A stretch of DNA of 64,000 bases, from contig JAWOEX010000028.1 of assembly GCA_046482545.1 (NCBI GenBank), positions 160,001 through 224,000 on the forward strand. Direction: 5' to 3'. The stretch comes from Candidatus Thorarchaeota archaeon (lineage in GTDB: Archaea; Asgardarchaeota; Thorarchaeia; Thorarchaeales; Thorarchaeaceae). The notes beneath the pieces were generated by a model. That model was not told the DNA's origin. It saw nothing but the letters and a program-made list of their open reading frames with translations, and did not search any database. The first letter of the stretch is position 1, and each line of letters begins with the position of its first letter. Positions 31,501 to 39,674 of this stretch are shown here, one piece after another. A program made the position numbers and the translations under genes.

Positions 31501-32176
31501 CTACGATGGAACCAAACCGACAATCAGCAACACCCCCAACACGGAGGCTTTTGTCGATGGTTCAGAGCAAACACTCTCGTGGAAGGTATCAGATCTTCAT
31601 CCGGACACCTACACTGCATATCTTGACGACGAGGAATGGGATTCGGGTTCATGGTCCACTGGGACGCTTGAAATCAACATCGATGGCATGTCAGAAGGAG
31701 AACATACACTGAAGACCGTAATCAGAGATATTGATGGAAACCGCGCATCAGATACTGTCATCGTCCTTGTGATTGATGATGATGCATCCCCGACAATAGA
31801 CAGTCCAGCAGACATGGCCTTCATAGAAGGTACGACAAACAATCGAGTCGTCTGGAATCCAACCGATGAGTATCCCGATCGATTTGAGGTAATCAGCAAC
31901 GATTCAGTCCTAGTGGAGGGTTCTTGGGGAGGCTCCAGAATAGTTGTCACTGTAGATAACTTGGAAGTCGGAACACATTCGCTCACTCTGACAGTCTATG
32001 ATAAGAGCGGTAATTCCGTGAGCGATTCTGTGGAAGTTCAAGTAATACCTGTTTCACTTCCCCCCGAGCAGGCTCCAGAAATTCCCTGGATGATGATAGC
32101 CATAGCAGCAGCTGGTGTCGGTGTTGTTGTGGTGATTGGAGCTCTGTTCTATATGCGAAAAGAGAGAACAGGTTGA
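28592..32176 (+). CDS. Tandem paralogous beta-helix/Ig-like cell-surface protein
   Basis: Same architecture as 25005; ATGA overlap; GNWWDDY; TM followed by RKER. Confidence 0.9.
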   Translation: MKRNAISILMLTILVMQPLLVMGIGLPGSESVTQTEKPFAMAQEPGSRLEPGEYTPHVPIAIDETSDFETQGWPGSGTPGDPYVISELNITYDVNEFLISIVNTNASFVIRDCYLDQGSLEWAIRFANTTAATIEYTTIDSAQGGVYLENSNNTHILHADMKSHTSNSDVAYTLLLEQSIGCSLENNRLESEYRVVFGVESNNLTLTQNTLYGKSGWHIIVLSSCNYTTSSSDTLYGGYKLTTARCHHLSFDNLHIDARGGLSVFNGTDVQVESTTISCEIDRAFLLQLVDGASVKSSIFSSEDSSGIDVITSSNVDIEGCNVHDVAGLGMYFSSASNLSVSTSSVSDSDGEGVYALNCPSMTFINNYITNTGDNGFHSEGAENLTLTDNNVEHADGYGFYHDDGENLILHRDTVSHATDDGIRVDVADDASIMDNEVTYSEGTGLSVSSSDRALIQGNVIDDCEGGLSVDSSTNVTIYDNHVSDVTQIGIDLYDMKTSVISGNSVDANAREGMTLDLLDDCNITDNALEGCGFYWEPDLAIGYYEHLFENNTVNGNDVYYGLHEEGQDIIADDWPQVFLINCTNMDIHDGTFNQITVPVELIHSDNCEIWNLVSTGNEYGLLIYQSENTSVYDVDITGLPYGHGIIAYYADGFQLVNSSIENYRAMEGHGLFLGFSDHTEVDGCKFDSNYVNLGIKSVFDMTISNNEILNAADDGIRTEARFMFEPISEYIRIVNNTILNATYGIYMDQANNITILENTIRYCSLTGVYYGSSEINALNVTSNTIENNRDGIWITNDAGSLVNNNTIRWNYRYGIYVDTPAIPDIYYNIIALNHEANGEDENAGTFWDDGVDTGNWWDDYNPPGAYDVDGDTQDRYPMQYLPTEPIIDQPADIYYAEGSTGNEIMWYAHDDYLSDWSVTIDGDTWDSNAYNYDNITVNVDGLEYGTHTAVLTVWDTEDNSASDTVLIHVYDGTKPTISNTPNTEAFVDGSEQTLSWKVSDLHPDTYTAYLDDEEWDSGSWSTGTLEINIDGMSEGEHTLKTVIRDIDGNRASDTVIVLVIDDDASPTIDSPADMAFIEGTTNNRVVWNPTDEYPDRFEVISNDSVLVEGSWGGSRIVVTVDNLEVGTHSLTLTVYDKSGNSVSDSVEVQVIPVSLPPEQAPEIPWMMIAIAAAGVGVVVVIGALFYMRKERTG
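31894..31936 (+). repeat. 43-nt exact direct repeat, copy 2
   Basis: Identical to 28316-28358. Confidence 0.9.
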
Positions 32177-32266
32177 AAATAAGGAGGTTAACACAAGATG
32201 TTTGAAACTACTCTAGTAAATGTTAAAACCGTTAGATTATCTATGAAATCAAAGAGGTGCACGCCC

Positions 32267-34642
32267 ATGCTAAGAAATGGGAGGAGATATGGACTAACTC
32301 TAATCTTACTACTTGTAACCCTGCTGGGACCCGCTATAGCATCAGTTGACGCTGCATATGTCACAGCTACCACCGAGACCCACAGCCAAGACTTCGAAAG
32401 GGCAGTCAACGGCCATGCATACGTATTTTCCGATGAACCACCATTATCGTCTGCTGACACAACATTCCTCACTCACGACGAGGATATTGTCTATGAGCAG
32501 CTCGATTATGAGAATGGACATTGGAATACATACGGGCCTTACGCTGCTGATGGACCAGAGGAACACAAATTCAACTTTGGCTCTCGTTATGAGATGGACA
32601 GCGGATGGCTGCATGAAGGGGCCTATTTGCCTGATTTTCTAGATTTTGAGAACACTACAAATGACGTAGAAATCGGTATGAAAGCGAAGCGTGCGGTATT
32701 TCCTGTGACGCTCAACGAGGAATTCAGCGTCTTGTTGGAATCTGGACTGATTAACTGGGGCACATTCAATCTCACCGATGAGGAGTTTCTCCACATTCAA
32801 ATAGCTGGTGGACAGGATAACCTTGAAGCAGAGTTTGCAGTTATCGATCCTGAAGGGCGACCAGTAGCCTTCGAATTCATAGAAGGGGGAGATATAGTCA
32901 AGATGCCATGTCTTCCTTCTGGTGAAGGCATGTACACCTTCTTAGTCTATCCCTACAACACAGATTACGGATTGATATCTGTGGATATTCTCATGGAAGC
33001 TATTACTCCACAAGAAGTAGGATTTGGAGAGACAATAGAGGATATTCTAGAGGGAAGTGAAACCCTAGTTAAGGAGGACGGCTCAGAGGTCTATCAAGAG
33101 AAACCTCCTGTTGCCAGGACCTACAAGTTCACCGCCAACAGCACACATCCTGGTCGAATTAGATATGCTCTGAACTATCCGGAGGACGTAGATGGGGGAC
33201 CATCGCCCGAGGCACAGATTTCGATTTTTGGCAATGTATTCCAGAACGATATCGGCCATCCCCGATGGATGGATTATCTGGATCCCTACTCCGACGAATT
33301 TCACTACTATTCTTGGGCAAACGAAAGCTATTACCTTACAATCGAGGGTCTAGATGAGATAGAGTATATCATACACCATGATCGGCCCAACGTACCGATG
33401 CTGCCCACAAACGAGGAATTCTACATCGAGAATATGCTATCGGGAGGTGTACGGTACCCCTACAGACTACCTCTCGCCCAAGACTCCGTACTTCGGGTGA
33501 ATGGCTCAACTGGTATGGCGGGCTTCAGCTGGAAGATATGGAAAGTTACTGAGGATAGAATCAGCTACAGTCGTTCGATTAGTTTCGGCAGTGAAATCGA
33601 ATATGCAAACACCTACTACTTGCCGGCTGGTAATTATTTGGTAACCGCGAGTGGGGGCGAAGGTGCAATTGGCCGTTTCGAGTTCAATCTTGGGCCAATT
33701 TTGGATGGTGCTGGTAGTGTTGGTGTTGATGCTGGTGACATCATTGGACTTCGGGTCGATACAAGTCCGCTATCTTTCTACAGAAGCAATGTTACCCTCA
33801 TGACCCATGATAATGTCAGTGTAAAATCTGAGATAGACTATCTCAACGGGTACGGTGGATATGAAGAATCCCTCGACATAACCCTTGGGAATAGGCAGTC
33901 AGGAACCAGTTGGGTCGCATACGGAACTAATACAACTTCAACCCAACTTGGAACTGATGACACGTCCTATTCGATGTTCTGTGAGGGGGAGGGAATAATT
34001 GTTTTGACACCCTATCAAGTCAATAACAACACTGCAGGCATCGGCAACGAATACCATGAGTATACTGTAGATTATGAAATCACCTTCGATGAGTACGAAG
34101 GATTCCTGAATGGGACTAAGACACAAACCGTGACCAGCGATCCGGTATGGTCCAATTTCACGCTGGGTGATCCGGCTGAACCAACCGAAACATATGTACT
34201 TCGCCTTAGTGCAGTCCGAGGCACTTGGATGAATTTCTCAATCTACACAGAGGATGTAGACAGCTGGGAGGCGTATCTATACCAGAACGTTGACGGTTGC
34301 AGTCATTACATTGACTGGACAAACGACCTTGAAGACGTTTTCACGGGCTCGCTTTCCGGTGATGGATATCTTGAGCTGGGTAGCATAAGCGATGAGATGA
34401 TGTTCGTCTTCAAGATTGACCGCAGCGAAGTCGAAGAAGGCTCATTCAACATACTTGTAACACCGCATACCACAAACACCCTCGAGACTCTTCCACCTCT
34501 TGAATACGAAGGTGGAGATGCAGGAGCGCCAGAGGGAGGCGACTGGCTTGCACAGAATGCGCTTCTCCTTGCAGGTGGTGTTGGGGTTGCTGCTGTGGTG
34601 ATAGTTGGTGGTGTGTACTTCTGGAGAAAGCGTGCAGCGTAG
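32267..34642 (+). CDS. Secreted acidic beta-rich surface glycoprotein with C-terminal TM anchor
   Basis: GAGGTG RBS and signal peptide from ATG 32267 (ORF opens at 32198); beta-sandwich-like segments; NxS/T sequons; TM followed by WRKR. Confidence 0.82.
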   Translation: MLRNGRRYGLTLILLLVTLLGPAIASVDAAYVTATTETHSQDFERAVNGHAYVFSDEPPLSSADTTFLTHDEDIVYEQLDYENGHWNTYGPYAADGPEEHKFNFGSRYEMDSGWLHEGAYLPDFLDFENTTNDVEIGMKAKRAVFPVTLNEEFSVLLESGLINWGTFNLTDEEFLHIQIAGGQDNLEAEFAVIDPEGRPVAFEFIEGGDIVKMPCLPSGEGMYTFLVYPYNTDYGLISVDILMEAITPQEVGFGETIEDILEGSETLVKEDGSEVYQEKPPVARTYKFTANSTHPGRIRYALNYPEDVDGGPSPEAQISIFGNVFQNDIGHPRWMDYLDPYSDEFHYYSWANESYYLTIEGLDEIEYIIHHDRPNVPMLPTNEEFYIENMLSGGVRYPYRLPLAQDSVLRVNGSTGMAGFSWKIWKVTEDRISYSRSISFGSEIEYANTYYLPAGNYLVTASGGEGAIGRFEFNLGPILDGAGSVGVDAGDIIGLRVDTSPLSFYRSNVTLMTHDNVSVKSEIDYLNGYGGYEESLDITLGNRQSGTSWVAYGTNTTSTQLGTDDTSYSMFCEGEGIIVLTPYQVNNNTAGIGNEYHEYTVDYEITFDEYEGFLNGTKTQTVTSDPVWSNFTLGDPAEPTETYVLRLSAVRGTWMNFSIYTEDVDSWEAYLYQNVDGCSHYIDWTNDLEDVFTGSLSGDGYLELGSISDEMMFVFKIDRSEVEEGSFNILVTPHTTNTLETLPPLEYEGGDAGAPEGGDWLAQNALLLAGGVGVAAVVIVGGVYFWRKRAA

Positions 34643-35317
34643 GATATCTCTCCTGATCGAAATGAGGGCAAGTAGCTCTGAATGGCTGCTTGTCCTTAAC
34701 TTGCTCCTCAAGATTCCAGGTAACCCGTTTCTTACAGTCTTAGCAACTGCGTGAAACTTCTGTGTTCCATCCTTCCCCTGCCAGCGTCATCGTACCCAAG
34801 ATACTTCTCAGCTCCTGAGTTAGCAAGGGTTTTGTCCGCGTTCACTGGAATGGGCTTCCTCCCGCGGTCCTGGCTTCCATCTCCTGTCGTTGTTCCGGTC
34901 CATCACTCCGGGAACAGCGAGGGCTTCCACAGTTCTTACCACGGCGTGGTCATGATTACCCACCTCAATGTTGTCACCACCACAGAGATGGTTGATCCAG
35001 AAGATGTCGATTCATCGGTTGAGCTGGCAAAATAGAGAATATATCATGTTGTCAAGTGGTACTGTAACTGTAGCTGGGATGAGTGCAAAGAGAAGCTCAC
35101 CCACTACGGCAATGTGAAGGGGAAGAACGAAGAGCTGATTCCGAAGGTCATCCTTGCGAAGCTGAAAGACGTGGGGTTGTTGACCTGTTGGAGCGCAAGG
35201 TAGAGTATCATCGGAAACGGACATCAGCAGCTCCACACAATCATTTATTCAATTGTCAGGAACATATCATGCGTCTTCAACAGTACTACCCTAGCGATTC
35301 TACCGCCGGAGTATGAC

Positions 35318-35347
35318 TTTATAAGCACACACACATCTACATATAGA
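35318..35347 (+). promoter_or_regulatory. Putative TATA box and small palindrome upstream of vapBC
   Basis: TTTATAAG at 35318-35325, about 25-30 nt before ATG 35349; TCTA-CATA-TAGA inverted repeat just before the start. Confidence 0.45.
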
Positions 35348-35348
35348 C

Positions 35349-35585
35349 ATGGGTAGTAAGACTATATCGGTATCAGACGAAGCATATGCCCGGCTTAAAT
35401 CTCTCAAAAAGCATGGTGAGAGCTTTAGCGATGTTATCAACAGACTCACCAAAAGAAGAAGACTTAGTGAGCTGGCAGGGGCCTTGGATGGTAAAGATGG
35501 CGAGGTACTGGAAGAGACTATCGCGTCTTTGAGAGCCAGAAGCAGAGAACGTATCGAAGCAATACGAGAGGAGCTCGAAGTATAG
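35349..35585 (+). CDS. vapB: Archaeal VapB-family antitoxin
   Basis: KTISVSDEAYARLKSLK..GESFSDVINRL signature; 1-nt overlap with the toxin gene. Confidence 0.9.
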   Translation: MGSKTISVSDEAYARLKSLKKHGESFSDVINRLTKRRRLSELAGALDGKDGEVLEETIASLRARSRERIEAIREELEV

Positions 35586-35977
35586 TGCTCCTTGATACCT
35601 CTTTTATTATCGACCTCTTGAGAGGAGAGAAGCCTGCTATCGATAAAATTAAAGAACTTGAGGCTGCTTCAATTGCTACCAATATTTCCGCCCCTTCAGT
35701 CTTTGAGCTCTTTGTGGGAGTGGCATTAACTACAAAACCGCAATCAGAGAAAAGAAGAATTACTGAAATCTTGGATTCGTGGGCAACAATGCCCCTTGAT
35801 ACAGAATCCGCCGGCCTTGGCGGCAGAATACATGGCCAGTTGATAAGAGAAGGGCAGATGATAGACCCTGAGGATTCTATGACTGCAGGGATTGCACTCC
35901 ATAACAATGAAACCCTCCTCACCAAAAACCTATCGCACTTCCAGAGAATCCCAGACCTAGATGTAGAAGAGTATTGA
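35585..35977 (+). CDS. vapC: PIN-domain VapC toxin
   Basis: LLDTSFIIDLLRG, SVFEL, EDSMTAGIAL, LLTKN..HF.RI. Confidence 0.93.
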   Translation: MLLDTSFIIDLLRGEKPAIDKIKELEAASIATNISAPSVFELFVGVALTTKPQSEKRRITEILDSWATMPLDTESAGLGGRIHGQLIREGQMIDPEDSMTAGIALHNNETLLTKNLSHFQRIPDLDVEEY

Positions 35978-36329
35978 GAATTCCATCAGAGCACTTTACG
36001 ACACAATCCTTGAGATTTTCTTTGTGGAACACTGAAGCACTTCGGAGGGTAGAAATCACACCAAAGAAGCCATCGGCTTCTACGAATAGCGACTGGAGAA
36101 ATGGCGAGGTGACGATATGCGACGAGAGCTCGAAGCAGTCAATATAATGATTAAACAAATCGAGGATAGTCTATATAAAACGCCCCAGTAATTCAGGGGT
36201 GTAATCATGTGCAAAATATAGGAGGTGTTCAAAAGCCTAAGAGCAAGAGAAACTCTGTTTTCAGTAGCACCCCAAGTTCCATTGCAAACCGCACTCTCAA
36301 AGTATGGAAGTCAATCTGAACTATTCGAA

Positions 36330-37344
36330 CATACTCAAAGAGGGCAATTTGCTTTGGCCTAACATTGCTTTGTCTCTCACTTGCTTCAGCTACGGCCATG
36401 GGTATCGGAGTTTATGTGGACTCGTTCTCAGTCCATCAATGGGAGGAATGGACTGGCTCTCCGATTTCAATGCGTATTACAGAATTGCATTCCGAGGAAA
36501 CTATCTCTAGAATCAAAGAAATTGAGGAGGTAGAAGATACTGCATCCATTGCACTTGTAGAATCTGACAAAATCATAGATGGACAAATTAAATTTAAGAC
36601 AGTAGCTGGAATTAGTTCTAACTATACAAATGCCTTTTCTGATGTCTTCATGCTTGAAAAAGGCCGATATCCCCAGAGTACAGGTGAATTTGCTCTAGAA
36701 AAGGAAGCTGCTCAAAGCATGAAAGCTTCTTTGGGAGAATTGGTAAACTACTCAATCGGAGAGGTAATGCGGAGAAATACTATCTTCTCGAAGTTGTTGG
36801 AACATTCGAGTTAACAACCAGTGTGTTTTTTGTGCGCCACACAGAAGCCCTAGTGGTTCCTGAACAGATCCCTAGTGTCGAAACCAGTCTTGAAGTGCAT
36901 ATCGATATCAATCGAAAGCCTATTTCTCCGTACGATGCTCACGGATCATTGGCAAATGTTGAAAGAGTAGAAAAGAAGATACGAACGGTGCTTCCCGCAG
37001 GAACAAATTGCAGGAGTTACCCTGGTGGGGCGCTTGGGACAGACCGTGATTCGATCATGGGTCCACTGCTTGCTGATGCTGTTGCCAGCATCCTTGGCGC
37101 GGCCATTATCGGGTCCATTATTTCGTTAATACTCGTGTTCTTCGCCTTACAGATTCCGCTTGCCTTTCTAGGACCTACATCGTCATTGCAGTGGTTCCGG
37201 CTCCCGGTTCGAATCTCTGTTCCCATTGTACTCCTCACGACTATTGTAGCTGTAACGCTGATGGTAGTTGTTGTAACTGTGTATTTTGTGACGAAGTCTC
37301 ACCTTGAGCGGAGTGTGGCAGAGGAAATCCTATATGTGAGCTAA
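36330..37344 (+). pseudogene. Frameshifted, internally deleted FtsX/MacB-like ABC permease
   Basis: N-terminal LLCLSLASATAMGIGVYVDS and LEKGRYPQ..GEFAL (MacB periplasmic part). The second fragment jumps to a C-terminal ALG.DR..I TM cluster. Frames break near 36780-36830. Confidence 0.65.
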
Positions 37345-37413
37345 TCTGAAAACAGGCCGTATTTGTTTATTGACACCGAAAGCTTGATGCTCAAGGTCTT
37401 CTCTCGATGGTAT

Positions 37414-38367
37414 ATGAAACTAGGCGACATTTACCGAAAGATTGTTGAAATGGGGATCGAAGCAGACCCCCGAAGCAAAGAGAAAATCGACCAAATACTC
37501 GAGAAATCAAAGGAGAAGCTCGAAGGTCTCGAAGGCAAGAAGAAGGAGCTTGCTGACAAGGATGTAACTTGGAACCCATACACAGATTGCCGTCTGCTGT
37601 ATGGCGATGAAGACCGAGAAGTAGAAAGCGTTCTCTGTGGCATTGATATTTCACCCGGGGAGCTAGTTCTTGCAGATAGGATGAACGAAAAGGGTCAACC
37701 CATAGACATGGTGCTGGCTCATCATCCACACGGTATCGGCTCGTCAAAGCTCGACTGGGTAATGCAGCTCCAACCAGAGCAGTGGGCGAAGCTGGGTGTT
37801 CCTATCGCACAGGCCGAATCCGCCATGGCTAAACGTTTGAAAGAGGTTCATTTCGCGCTCAAGGCAAGAAATCACACCAGAACAATTGATGCGGCTAAAC
37901 TGCTCGATTTGCCCTTCATGTGCGCTCATACTCCCGCTGACTCGGTAGGTTATCAATTCATCAAGAATTTCCTGGAAGAGAAGGAGCCACAGACGCTAGG
38001 TGAGCTGACCGATGTTCTGCTAGAGCTCCCGGAATACCAGGCCGCAGAAAAGGTTGGGGCAGGGCCAGAGATTCTTGTCGGTAGTGAAGACGGTTCAGTC
38101 GGGCAGAGGCACGTTTTCTTTACTGGAGGTACCTCACCAGGACCGAAAGCGATTCCGAAACTTGCCCGAGCCGGGGTGAGTACGATAATTAGCATGCACC
38201 TGACAGACAAGTTGAAAGAGAAGTGTGAAGAGGAAGGCCTGTATGTTGTAATTGCAGGACATATGAGCTCTGATTCGATTGGCCTGAATCTGATTCTAGA
38301 TGAACTAGAGAAAGAAGGTATGAAGACATACGCTTGTTCAGGATTCACCAAACACAGTAGGATTTGA
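37414..38367 (+). CDS. NIF3/NGG1p-interacting factor-like dinuclear metal protein
   Basis: NPYTD, GIDI, AHHP, HTPAD, TGGT, ISMH, IAGHMSSDSIGLN. ATG 37414 preferred. Confidence 0.88.
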   Translation: MKLGDIYRKIVEMGIEADPRSKEKIDQILEKSKEKLEGLEGKKKELADKDVTWNPYTDCRLLYGDEDREVESVLCGIDISPGELVLADRMNEKGQPIDMVLAHHPHGIGSSKLDWVMQLQPEQWAKLGVPIAQAESAMAKRLKEVHFALKARNHTRTIDAAKLLDLPFMCAHTPADSVGYQFIKNFLEEKEPQTLGELTDVLLELPEYQAAEKVGAGPEILVGSEDGSVGQRHVFFTGGTSPGPKAIPKLARAGVSTIISMHLTDKLKEKCEEEGLYVVIAGHMSSDSIGLNLILDELEKEGMKTYACSGFTKHSRI

Positions 38368-38677
38368 ATTCATACGAGGAAGGACAAGGGCAAAGCTAAG
38401 AGAGATTCAAATTTGCAGGTTTAGATGGTTCGAGCTGCTCGTTTTGAGAAATATCTCTCTAGCTCTGTTCTTACATGGAGCAGCATTAATGATATCCAGT
38501 AACAAAGTATTCCTGAGGGGTGTATCTTGCTGCTGATCCGTATTCAGGAGCAAGTCATAGAGAGTATTATAAGATGGCTCAGATACTGTGAAAGCGAAAT
38601 ATCATTATGATAAGTAAGAATGATATTGATAACAGAATATTTGGCATGTCTCATATTGCCGTTCATATCCTAGATAG

Positions 38678-39112
38678 GTGATTCTAATGGACAAGGATCA
38701 GGTCATCTCCAATGTAAAATCAACGCTCGAATCTGATCAGAAAATCCAAGCAATCTATCTTTTCGGTTCCCACGCAACCAATACTGTGAATCCGATGAGT
38801 GATATCGATATCGCAGTCTTACTTGATGAAGAAATGGTTGAAGATATGGTTGAGATTTACTGGGAATTATTGCGCCGCATCTCAGATGCTTTGCATACCG
38901 ATAGGCTGGACCTTGTCATACTCAATGAATCAGAACCTGTTTTGAAATTCAATGTTATCAAAGATGGGATTCTCATCTATGAGAGGGATTCTGTTGCTCG
39001 TGTTCGATTTGAAAGAAGAACTATTAACGAATATCTAGATATGCAGTACATCTGGGAATATTACGACGCTCAACTCAAAAAGAGATTACTGGAGGACACC
39101 AGTGGTGATTGA
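38678..39112 (+). CDS. mntA: Minimal nucleotidyltransferase, type VII TA antitoxin (MntA-like)
   Basis: YLFGS...SDIDIAV, DLVILN, GILIYE; overlaps the downstream HEPN gene. Confidence 0.88.
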   Translation: MILMDKDQVISNVKSTLESDQKIQAIYLFGSHATNTVNPMSDIDIAVLLDEEMVEDMVEIYWELLRRISDALHTDRLDLVILNESEPVLKFNVIKDGILIYERDSVARVRFERRTINEYLDMQYIWEYYDAQLKKRLLEDTSGD

Positions 39113-39518
39113 TTCTCAAATCGTGTCATCTCGCCTTTCAACTATTGAGCAATATCTGGACCGTCTGGAAAAAATAAGAAAAGAAGGCAGCAAAGCCTAC
39201 ATGGCAGATCTTGATAGGCGCTTAATAGCTGAACGGGCACTTCACATAGCCATTGAAGCGTGTATTGATATTTCCAATCACATAATCTCGTCTCGAGGAT
39301 ATAGAAAGCCCCAAGACTATGCGGATGTCTTCAAGGTGTTGGAAGAGAACGATGTTATTGAATCGAGGTTGAGCAATCGCTTGATGGATATGGCAAGATT
39401 TCGTCATAGACTCGTTCATCTCTATTCGACATTGGACAACAAAGTAGTATTCTCGATACTCAAAGAGAACCTGCAAGACATAAGGGACTTTGCCGCTTCA
39501 GTAGCAGAGTTGCTCTGA
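39102..39518 (+). CDS. hepT: HEPN/DUF86 ribonuclease toxin (HepT-like)
   Basis: ERALHIAIEACIDI, P..YADVF..L, RHRLVHLY (Rx4H plus adjacent Tyr). Confidence 0.88.
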   Translation: MVIDSQIVSSRLSTIEQYLDRLEKIRKEGSKAYMADLDRRLIAERALHIAIEACIDISNHIISSRGYRKPQDYADVFKVLEENDVIESRLSNRLMDMARFRHRLVHLYSTLDNKVVFSILKENLQDIRDFAASVAELL

Positions 39519-39674
39519 TTCTCGTACTCCGAGAGAGTAAAAGCTCCTTCATTTCTTTGATTCAGTAATTGCTCAGTTCTGTAAGGGCATCGGCACTCAA
39601 TTCGAATCTGACCAGTGTGTTTTTCTATACGAACGTACACTATAGACCCGCAATTAGACTGGAGTGGAGACATA

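Noticed and set aside
28316-31936. 43-nt direct repeat as att sites of an integrated element or a DGR TR/VR pair
   Set aside because: Both copies lie in-frame at homologous positions of paralogs; no A-specific mismatches, reverse transcriptase or integrase.
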